From Octopus sinensis (lineage: Eukaryota): DNA of 51,525 bases. The position numbers and the translations under genes were made by a program. The number at the start of each line of letters is the position of its first letter. The first letter of the stretch is position 1. Below, piece by piece: positions 1 through 10,049 of the stretch. The notes below the pieces were generated by a model, which was not told where the DNA came from, did not search any database, and worked only from the letters and a program-made list of their open reading frames with translations. The stretch is taken from assembly GCF_006345805.1 (NCBI RefSeq), contig NW_021832759.1:1-51525 (forward strand). The letters are read 5' to 3'.

Positions 1-291
1 AATAACTATATTTGATGGTAACAGTACAAAGGCGACGACGACGATAACAACAAGGAAACAAACAAGTAGACATTAAAATTATTAGCCATCCCCCCACTAC
101 CTCTCCGTCACTCGCGAAAAAATAATCGATTGATCATCAATATAATTTTTCGTTCCTCTCGACAGGCTTACAAAACTCAAACATATCTACGTTGCCAAAG
201 AGACATGAGCAAACGTAGGGAGAGAACAGAATCGGGTCGATTACGCAACAAAACCCATGTATATATAAATATATAAATATATATATATAAG

Positions 292-330
<39 letters not shown>

Positions 331-348
331 ATATCTATATATATATAT

Positions 349-506
349 AGGCGAGGAGTGGCTGTGTGTTCAGTAACTTGGTTACCAACCACATTATTCG
401 GGTTCAGTCCCCTGCGTAGCACCTTGGTTAAATGTCTTCTATTATGGCCTCAGGTCAACCAAGGCCTTTTGAGTAGATTTAGACGGAAACTGAAACAAGC
501 TCGTCA
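349..506 (+). mobile_element. SINE group A, 5' half (tRNA-like head), diverged
   Basis: Aligns by eye to the full copies at 19733-20166 and 40019-40598 (aggcg..gagtggctgtgtg...gggttcagtccc...gacggaaactgaaa). A-box-like TGGCTGTGTG and B-box-like GGTTCAGTCC are present. Confidence 0.85.
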
Positions 507-559
507 TATATATAATAATATATATATACTACATACATACATGCATATATATATACATA

Positions 560-592
<33 letters not shown>

Positions 593-710
593 ATATGTAG
601 GTGAAAGTGTGGCCATATGGTTCTTTGCACAAAAAACCATATGTAGGTGCAAAGCATGGCACTTTGCACAGGTGCCTTGTACTATAGCCTCGGGGGCCAA
701 GTGAAGCCTT

Positions 711-1076
711 AACGGAAGAAATGACAGATGGTTGTGTGCAGACTCTCCTACAGTTCCAAGTGTTATACATACAAAGTTTCCTGTAACTGTCATGGTTTTA
801 GGAGTAGTTTGCAATGAAGGATATGTGATGCCTCCTTACTTCTTTCCACAAAGATTTAGAGTTAATTCTGCCGCCTAAATTGAGGTTCTGGAAATAATTG
901 TTAAATCCTGGATAGACATTGTATGCAATTCAAGGCCGTATCTGTTTTAGTAAGACTCTGTACTATCACACATGGCTCTATTAATACAGGAATGGATGGC
1001 TGAAAATTTTCATGATCACCTATCCTCTAACATTTAGCCTCCTAATTCCCCAGATCTCAATCCATTAGACTATTAC
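711..1076 (+). pseudogene. Tc1/mariner superfamily DD37D (maT-type) transposase fragment
   Basis: Manual translation of 122 codons, no frameshift, 4 stops: NGRNDRWLC...HTKFPVTVMVLGVVCNEGYVMPPYFFP...RPYLF**DSVLSH...QEWMAENFHDHLSSNI*PPNSPDLNPLDYY. Exactly 37 residues separate the (QQ)D and the (NPL)D. Confidence 0.9.
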
Positions 1077-1190
1077 ACCACCGCTTGACAACCGGTATTG
1101 GTATGTTTACGCTCTTGTATATTAGCGGTTCGGGAAAAATAGTACTGGTGCCCTAGCATGGCTGCAGTCTAACGACTGAAAGAGAAAAGG
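1077..1190 (+). mobile_element. SINE group A, degenerate 3' half
   Basis: ccgcttgacaaccggtattggtatgtttacg...ttagcggttcgg...agcatggctgcagtc...gactgaaa matches the 3' half of full copies. A degenerate 5' half lies at ~600-710. Confidence 0.75.
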
Positions 1191-1529
1191 TTATTTATAG
1201 TATGAAGTAATAACTAGACATCGTAAGTGTAGCAATATTTGTTATTCTGCAACAAGTTGGAAATCTACGTTTTATAGTCATTCTAATTCTTTTAAATATA
1301 GAAGAAAAGGTAATTCTACAAACCTTAGTAAATACATTTGGAATTTGAAGAATGAAAATATTAAATATGATTTAAAGTTGCCCATTATTAGTGAAGCATC
1401 ATCGTATACTGTTGGTAATTCTACTTATGATCTTTGCCTAGAATTATATTTTATAATTACTTGTAAATTAATTTTATTGAATTTTAATGGGCACTTAAAT
1501 TTAAGTTGTTGCCATAAATTTAGAAAAAC

Positions 1530-2260
1530 ATTCAAATACTTCAATTAATGATTATAATAATCATTTAGTTAATTATTATATAATAAGGTTGATTTCTATT
1601 GAAGTGCTTAATATAATGAGTAGGTAATTAATTATAGCAATGTAAAGTATCTAAGCTTTGATTAAGCATAATGTAGAATAGTTATGAATGATTTTATTCT
1701 TTTAATTATCCACCGAGATCATCAAGAATTGTATATATTATTAATTATAGTATTTTTCAATTATTATGTAATAATCACAATTCTCATAAAAGGGAATAAT
1801 ATAAATATAAATAGGCATTTATTTATCGTATCCGTCACTTTTAATCTTTAGTTATCTAGCGTAGTCATCAATAATTGTATATATTATTATTAATTATACT
1901 AATACTTTAATTATTATATAATGAGGTTAATTCCTATATAAGAGATTATTAAATTGAATAAAGGGATATTTGACTATCTTTTCTGTATTGTTTATTTTTT
2001 AATTAGCAATGAGATCCTCGGTGGTTGTATAGGTTCAATATAATAATCCTTCAGTTATCTGAAAATAATGTTAATTCCAAAAGAAGGCTTTGTTATATTA
2101 AATAAATAAACAGGTAATTAATTTCTGCGATGTAAAGTATATAAGTTTCTATTAAACGTTAAGTAAATGTATTATCTGTAGATTTTATTCTTTAATTATC
2201 TGTTAAGCATAACGTAGAATTCTTGTCTGTGGTTTTTGTTTTTTACATATTGAATGACGT
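1530..2260. repeat. Old degenerate AT-rich tandem repeat, ~146-150-bp period
   Basis: Motif tc(a/c)tc..(aa/gg)ttgtata...ttatt..ataat...aattc recurs at ~1727, 1873 and 2023. The block aggtaattaatt..atgtaaagtat..gattttattcttt recurs at 1622 and 2112. Confidence 0.55.
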
Positions 2261-2574
2261 CATAAATTCTCGTAGATAAATATGCTAGTTTTTGCTGTTA
2301 GGCTTTTAAATTTTTTAGGTAGATTTCAAATTGGAAAAGAATATGGAATTGGTACGGTATTTCATCTTTTATTTTTATAAAGTAAATAATGGTTGAATGA
2401 ATGAATGAATGGCTAAAGTTAAATTTGGTCTGGTGTTTTTTTTTGTTAGCGTTTTTTAACAACTAAATTTCTTTTTCATATGCTCAGTTAGAATTTCACA
2501 AATTTTGATTACCTTCATAATGTTGTGTTGACATAAATTTCCTACATATTATTATTAATTTTAATATTATATAT

Positions 2575-2870
2575 ATGTCCCTATCTTCGAAACACGGAGT
2601 AGATAAAACAAGGGACAACTGATGAAGAAAATGTTCTTTATGTTGCCTATCTCATTTCTCTGTTTGTTTCTTTCGTTGTTCGAAAAAAAGTTCGTTTTCT
2701 AAGTCTTTGTTTTTATGTTCCCGTTTCTCATTTTGTCTACGTTTTTTGCTGTCCTGTACTCATATATGCATGTATATATACATATATATGTAGGTATGTA
2801 CATATATGTATGTATATATGCACAAATTTATATATCATTTATATTATTATTATATATATGTATATGTAGG
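2575..2870 (+). repeat. Short interspersed repeat, probably a PLE terminal-repeat fragment; second copy at 33083-33340
   Basis: Both copies share cggagtagat.aaaca.ggacaactga(t/a)ga...ttctttatgttg...ttgttcgaaaaa..ttcgttt...gtttctcatt...ctgtac.catatatgcatgtatatatac. Confidence 0.7.
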
Positions 2871-2898
2871 AGTGTGGGAATATATATATATATATATA

Positions 2899-3352
2899 CG
2901 AGCAAAATGCCCCCCTCCGTCCAATGGACGGCGCTGAGTTGTCAAACATTTAAACCAAATTTTCTCAAAACAACTTGTCCGACCGTCCCATAGGCCTCCT
3001 CTTTGCGAAACACTGATTTAACCTAAATTTTAGACACCAGCAAAAGAAGAAATGAAGATAGACTTTTTCTATTCCAAAGAAAAACGATTTTATACACACA
3101 AATATGCAACCGAAGAGTTTAAAGTACCAGTAGATACATCGCAACAGCTGATATACTTGCGCGTGAAAATGCACGTTCCCACGGCTTTATCGATCGCATT
3201 CTCACTTGGAATCGAATTTTGTAATTTTTTCAAGACTTATACACGCCCTGACGCCGTCGGTATCTACATATCAAATTTGAGCGCAATCGGATGGAGGATG
3301 TCCGAGATCATAGAAGACACACAGATAGACAGAATGGATTTTATATAATAGA
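2899..3352 (-). mobile_element. Non-autonomous Helitron-like element
   Basis: On the minus strand it starts TC (TCTATTATATAAAA), ends CTCG (a variant of CTAG) and sits between host A and T. A palindrome ccgtcca-a-tggacgg (2917-2931) lies just inside the 3' end. No TSD or TIR. Confidence 0.7.
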
Positions 3353-4416
3353 TGTATGTATGCATATCTTAATGCAATTGAAACAATAGTTAGATTTTTA
3401 AGATGCGATGTAAAATAAAGTTAGGATTGTCTTCGTCCATATTACTGATGGTTGTTAATACTTAGAATTTCTCAAAATTCTGCATAATTTCACGGTTAAA
3501 GGGTTGAACGGAATAATAACGGTGTTACCTTTACTAGTCTATGATTGGTCGGGACTGTAAGGGTCACGAGTTCAGTCCCTTCGTCAGAACTCAGGAAGTA
3601 AAAGAAAAAAGATTCTTAAAGTCTTGGATTTTTACCAAGAACTAAAAGACCTAGACATTTATTTTGAATTTACGACGTCCAGGTTTTGGACTGGTGTACT
3701 CAGCTATTTGTGTGCTCAACTAGAATTCAAGGTAATGACAGAGAAAAGCAGGCTACAGATCTAATTGTGTATATTTCATTGACGACAAGGACGAGGGAAC
3801 GGTTAACTATTAACAGACATTGCAAATTAATTCCATAATTCTATTGAAACTTGCTTAACGCTATAACAAATTTATTGAGGAATTTAAACCAGATGATAAC
3901 TTGAAAAATTGTCGGACTTAATTTGCATATTTGAAATTTAAATATATAATTAGTTAATTTGCGTATTTAATTAAATATTGAATTAGTTATTGTTCTAAAA
4001 TCTACAGGTTGGCTCAAGCACCAGGTATTACCAATATTGATGAGCGTTGCCACTTACACAACTTCAGGTATTTCATTCAAGAAATATTAATTTGGAGAAT
4101 ACAATCAATTTTCGACCATCTTTATATTTGCGGTTGAAATTTTAGCAGAAAACTGCATTTTCATGAGTTAGCTGCATAAAATATGCAATAAATTCCATAT
4201 TTCATTTGTTTATAAACAGCCAAATTTGAGGAAAGTCTGGTACGTGATGTGTTTTCTTAGTCAAATTATGTACCGAGATTAACAAAAAAAAAAAAAATAT
4301 AGCGTTTTAAAATCATAAAATAACTAAACAATAGGAGATGCATTCCATAGCAAATCCTTCATTTTGTTTCAAATAAAAATGTACATGATGGTAACTCCAG
4401 AACGTATTGTGGAACA

Positions 4417-4476
<60 letters not shown>

Positions 4477-4558
4477 TACAAAGAGTCACATGTGAGTATT
4501 CACCATGTGGAATCTGATGCCCAAAATCTTCGAATAGAACAAATTCTTGTGTTTTCTA

Positions 4559-5345
4559 AGGCAGCGAGCTGGCAGAAACGTTAGAACACCGGGCGAAATG
4601 CGCAGCCATATTTCGTCTGCCGTTACGTTCTGAGTTTAAATTTCGTCAAGGTCGACTTTGCTTTTCATCCTTTCAGGGTCGATAAATTAAGTACCAGTTA
4701 CGCACTGGGGTCGATGCAATCGACTTAATCTCTTTGTCTGTCCTTGTTTGTCCACTCTGTATTTAGCCCCTTTTGGGCAGTAAAGAAATAGGTATTTCGT
4801 CTGTCGCTACGTTCTGAGTTCAAATTCCGCCGAAGTCGACTTTGCGTTTCATTCTTTCGGGGTCGATTAAATAAGTACCAGTTACGCACTGGGGTTGATA
4901 TAATCGACTTAATCCGTTTGTCTGTCCTTGTTTGTTCCTTCTATGTTTAGCCCCTTTTGGGCAGTAAAGAAATAGGTATTTCGTCTAGCTTTACGTTCTG
5001 TGTCCAAATTCCGCCGAGGTAGACTTTGCCTTTCATCCTTTGGGGGTCGATAAATTAAGTACCATTTACGCACTGGGGTTGATATAATCGACTTAATCCG
5101 TTTGTCTGTCCTTGTTTGTTCCGTCTATGTTTAGTCCCTTTTGGGCAGTAGAGAAATAGATATTTCGTCTGCCGCTACATTCTGTGTTCAAATTCCGCTG
5201 TAGTCGACTTTGCCTTTCATCCTTTCGGGCTCGATAAATTAAGTACCAGTTACGCACTGGGGTCGATATAATCGACTTAATCCGTTTGCATGTCATTGTT
5301 TGTCCCCTCTATGTTTAGCCCGTGGTGGGCAATAAAGAAATAAGA
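4559..5345 (+). mobile_element. SINE group B tetramer: one tRNA-like head plus four 184-bp units
   Basis: tatttcgtct recurs at 4609, 4793, 4977 and 5161 (period 184). The head ggcagcgagctggcagaaacgttag occurs once. Each unit has a B-box-like gagttcaaattcc and gcctttcatcctttcggggtcgataaattaagtacc. Confidence 0.92.
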
Positions 5346-6197
5346 AAATACAGACAGGTGGATAGGAAGAAAGATATATAGATAGATAGGTAGATAAATA
5401 GATAGATAGAGTGACGATAGAGAGATAGAAAATATATGGGTAGATAGACAGACAGACAGACAAGTGAGTAAATAGATTATTAAAGCGATAGTTAGGTAGA
5501 CAGATGTCTTTATACAGATGTGTGTACCTTACATATGAGAGCTAATGAGTTTCCAAATCTTGTTTTTGTTGCTGTTATTGTCAATGTTATTGGCTATCAT
5601 TAGAGACTGCGTGTGTATAAGTATACGCATATGTGTGTGTATGCGTGCATGTGTGTATATGTGTGTTTGTGTGTGCGCATGAAAACAGTTCAATCTGTAT
5701 GTAAATATGGTTGTGTGCCCATCGTTTAGACGTGGTTTTGCTATGTTTTTTTTTTGTTATCACTTCTGTAAACGCCGCTTTGTGTTATCGCTGCGCAGAA
5801 AAACATTGAATAAAATGCTTCTTAAACGTGTGACTTTTGTCGATCTTATGCTTGTTGTTGTTGTTGTTGTAGTTGTTGTTGTTGTTATACTTGATTTCTC
5901 TGTTTGTTTGCTCGTTCCATTATTTTCCAATACAGTCGATTTATCCAGAATAAACACAATTACACGCTTTTTATTGTACGTCTGTTTAAAAGGAAAAAAA
6001 AAACAGTAAAGAGAAAACAAAACAATAACAACAACAACAACAACAAAAACAAAATAAACAAGCAAAAAACAGTTTGAAAATTTTTTTTCCCAGATCCGGT
6101 TTGTTATATTATCTTTAGTTATACTGACACACAGACATACACACGTTTGTTTGTATATATGTGCTTATTATATTTTTATAAACATGCATGAATTACG

Positions 6198-6249
<52 letters not shown>

Positions 6250-6682
6250 GTATATATATATATATGTAAATATATATAATATAATATGGGTGTTGGTATA
6301 TATAAATGTACACGTATCTATAACCATAATTACATACATACACAGTCATGATACACATAAACACACACAGGGTTATATCTCAATATGTCATGTATGTATA
6401 TATGTGTGTTTATATGTGTACATATATATATATTTATATATATAAATATATATATATGCACATTTCTACTATGTCCATAGGTGTGTGCGTGAGCGCGTGT
6501 AGTGTGTTTATGTATATATATATATATTAATATATGTATACACACACACACATACACATATGTGTATATATATCCGTGTGTGTATGTGTGTTTAATATTA
6601 TGTATATACAACAACGCACATACTGCAGACAGATGGACACTCACATATATGTATGTATGTATGTATGTATGTAGGTATACGC

Positions 6683-6715
<33 letters not shown>

Positions 6716-7482
6716 ATACACACACGCACACATATTTCAAATAATTCTTCACGTTCGAGAAAAGCAAATAGAAATCCTTCCAGTTCCGGAGCAAATAATG
6801 AGATAAGAATGAAAATAAACAGATTCCGTTGTTTGACAAATTTTGTCACGTTTATTTCTTTTAAAACTGATGAGCAGCTTAATGAAAGTCTGATTAATCA
6901 GGTAATGTGGAAAGCTGAAAAAGCGAAAATAATGCAAATCTAAATAAACAAGAAACGAACGAACATTTCCAAAGCAAAGATGGCCGACGACTCTTCTTTT
7001 CTACAATATCTGTGTTGCTTGTCTGTGATATTTGTTTGTGCATTTTGTTATTTGTGTGTATGTGTGTGTGTGTGCATTTGTTTTTCGGTGTTAATTACTT
7101 TCTGTCGCTGCATACACATATACACACTAATATACACTCTGTTTATCAGTCTCACGTATATGGGATATATGTATATATAACCTCCATTTATACATGCACA
7201 CAGACATACGCACACACACACACACACACACGCAGAAATAAATAAGTAGCCTGACTCACGCACCCACATAATTCATATATATTTATTTATATTCACGTTT
7301 GTTATTTTATAGTAATTACTGGTATCCTTATATATTACTATATTTTATATCTTATACGTAAAACATAATATGTTATATGTATGTATATTATTGTAATTAT
7401 CAATTTAGTAAATAACTAAATAAGTTAACATAATGTCTAAAAGTTGATGAACCACCTATTGATCCCCTCCATTTTCTTATTG

Positions 7483-7536
<54 letters not shown>

Positions 7537-7554
7537 TACATAAATTTATACATA

Positions 7555-7896
7555 CATAGACCTGATATAAGGATTTGGGATAGAGAAGAGAAACTGTGCA
7601 TAGTTGTAGAAATTGGCTGTCCGGCGGGTGTTAACATAAGGCTGAAGATCAGTGGAAAAGAGAGTACCTACTCCGGACTATTGATAAATCTGCAGTTATT
7701 CTATCCAGATTATAAATTTAGGTCTAAACTTGTGATTATTGGAGCAATGGATTATATAACAGACTGCATAAATACAAATCTTGATAAATTAGGCCTTTCA
7801 AAATGAGGAAGGAGAAAGATGATTCGGTGACTACACATCCAATCCATTACTGGAACTATAAAAATCTGTAAAGTTTTCCAGAAGTTAATCATTTAA
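7555..7896 (+). pseudogene. 3' fragment of a non-LTR retrotransposon with restriction-like endonuclease (R4/Dong-like), 5'-truncated at (TA)n
   Basis: HRPDIRIWDREEKLCIVVEIGCP...KISGKESTY..L...VIIGAMDY...NLDKLG, then SITGTIKICKVF after stops. RPD..E plus K..KY-like motifs are typical of RLE LINE C-termini. Confidence 0.8.
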
Positions 7897-7916
7897 GTAT
7901 ATATGAACAGGTCTAA

Positions 7917-8212
7917 GGAGCACTCCGTCGGTTACGACGACGAGGGTCCCAGCTGATACGATCAACGGAACAGCTTGCTCGTGAATTTAACGTTCAAGTG
8001 ACTGAACAATCCACAGACACGTGTACCCCTAATGTAGTTCTCGGGGAGATTCAGCGGGACACAGAGTGTGACAAGGCCGGCCCTTTGGAATACAGGTACA
8101 GCTCATTTTTGCCAGCTGAGTGGACTGGAGCAACGTGAAATAAAGTGTCTTTAGTGGGACTGAACCTGGAACCATAAGATTCGCAAGCGAACTTTTTTAT
8201 CACACAGCCACA
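7917..8212 (-). mobile_element. Chimeric SINE: group-A head, distinct central segment, group-C tail
   Basis: The reverse complement reads tgtggctgtgtg..ggttcagtcccact (A head), then aagacactttatttcacgttgctccagtccactcagctggcaaaaatgag, then tgtacctgtatt..aaagggcc..gtaaccgacggagtgctcc (the tail of the 44311 copy). Confidence 0.8.
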
Positions 8213-8639
8213 GAGTTATTGTATATTTTTTCACTTTTTATTTTTTTTACTTTTAGCAACATTCTGTAATTCTTTAATTTTCTTTCTTGTGTTCTTGTGT
8301 CTTAGGTTTGTCTTTCTTCATGTGCCACAGATAATCGTTAACAATGCAAAATTCCTCTGCAGTTATGCAAGAATATAAAACTTGGTAATTCTTCTCTCGA
8401 AAATACTCCATGTGTTTAAACTCAGCGAACAGAATTTGTCAGCAGCTGGGATTATCATGAGATTTGGTTTTGGTTTTATGTCTACCGCAAACGTGACTGA
8501 TTAATTCTATGTATGTATGTATGTATGTATGTATGTATGTATGTATGTATGTATGTATGTATGTATGTATGCATGTATGTATGCACGTATGTATGTATGC
8601 ATCTATCGATCTGTCTGTCTGTGCCTATCTCTCTCTTTC

Positions 8640-8689
<50 letters not shown>

Positions 8690-8691
8690 AT

Positions 8692-9251
8692 AGGCACAGG
8701 AGTAGCTGTGTGGTAAGACGTTTGGTTCTCAGCCACATGGTTTCGGGTTCAGTCACACTGCGTGGTACATTGGGCAAGTGTCTTTTACTATAGCCTCGTG
8801 AGTGGATTTGGTAGCCGAAAACTGAATGAAGCTTGTGTTGTGTATATATATATATGAGTGGCTGTGTGGTAAGTAGCTTGTTTACCAACCACATGGTCCC
8901 GGGATCAGTCCCACTGCGTGGCACCTTGGGCAAGTGTCTTCTACTATAGCCTCGGGCCGACCAAAGCCTTGTGAGTGGATTTGGTAGACGGAAACTGAAA
9001 GAAGCCCGTCGTATATATGTATATATATATGCGTGTGTGTGTTTGTGTGTCTGTGATTGTCTCCCTAGCATTGGTTGACAACCGATGCTGGTGTGTTTAT
9101 GTCTCCGTTACTTAGCGGTTCGGCAAAAGAGACCGATAGAATAAGTACTGGGCTTACAAAAGAATAAGTCCCGGGGTCGAGTTGCTCGACTAAAGGCGGT
9201 GCTCCAGCATGGCCGCAGTCAGATGACTGAAACAAGTAAAAGAGTAAAGAG

Positions 9252-9295
<44 letters not shown>

Positions 9296-9525
9296 TATAT
9301 ATATACATGTATATATTTGTGAGTCTGTGTTTTTCCCCATCATCTCTTAACAACTGATGTTGGTGTGTTTACGTCCCCATAACATAGCGGTTCGGCAAAA
9401 GAGATCGATAGGATAAGTACTAGGCTTACAAACAATAAGTCCTGGTGTCGATTTTGTTCAAATAAAGGCGGTGCTCCAGCATGGCCGCAGTGAAATGACT
9501 GAAAAAATTCAAATAGTGAAAGAGA
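8692..9525 (+). mobile_element. SINE group A cluster: 5' half (8692-8840), near-full young copy (8856-9252), 3' half (~9320-9525)
   Basis: Direct similarity to the full-length copies. The young copy appears nested in the central TA tract of an older copy. Confidence 0.9.
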
Positions 9526-9650
9526 GGAACATCCCCCTCTCTTTCTCTCTGAATACGACTAGATCTTCGTTGTAACCATCTCACCTGTCAGCGCTCTCTC
9601 ATCGAATTTCGTCAGCTTGTGTGCCTGTCATTCTGTTTCCTTAATGGCGT

Positions 9651-9863
9651 AGGAGGCGAGGTGGCAGAATTATTAGCATGTCGGGCGAAATGCTTAGCGG
9701 CATTTCGTCTGTCTTTGTGTTCTGTGTTCAAATTCCGCCGAGGTCGACGTTGTCTTTCGTCCTTTCGGGGGTCGATAAATTAAGTACCAGTTGCGTACTG
9801 GGGTCAATCTAATCGACTGACCCCTCCCCCCATATTTCGGGCCATGTGCCTGGAATAGAAAAG
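9651..9863 (+). mobile_element. SINE group B monomer with alternative tail
   Basis: Same head and centre as the 4559 copy, but it ends cccctcccccatatttcgggccatgtgcctggaatagaaaag. Confidence 0.85.
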
Positions 9864-9865
9864 CC

Positions 9866-10049
9866 ACTTGCCCAATGTACCACGCAGTGTGACTGATCCC
9901 GGGACCATATGGCTGGGAACCAAGCGTCTTACCACACAGCTACTCCTGTCCTTATATATATATATATATATATATATATGAGTGGCTGTGTGGTAAGTAG
10001 CTTGTTTACCAACCACATGGTCCCGGGATCAGTCCCACTGCGTGGCACC
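9866..10049. repeat. Head-to-head inverted pair of SINE A 5' ends separated by (TA)n
   Basis: 9866-9952 is a minus-strand head. 9980-10049 is a plus-strand head cut off by the PLE. Confidence 0.88.

Noticed and set aside
3052-3348. 98-aa ORF
   Set aside because: It lies within the non-autonomous Helitron-like element and has no Rep or helicase motifs.
3630-4400. Possible DNA-transposon-derived segment
   Set aside because: No TIRs, second copy or coding motif could be identified.
4609-5345. 184-bp array as CRISPR or a tRNA gene cluster
   Set aside because: Whole units repeat without spacers and match a TSD-flanked dispersed SINE. There is no complete cloverleaf.
6867-6890. CTGATGA...GAAA.GTC hammerhead-like string
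   Set aside because: No stem II or stem I pairing.
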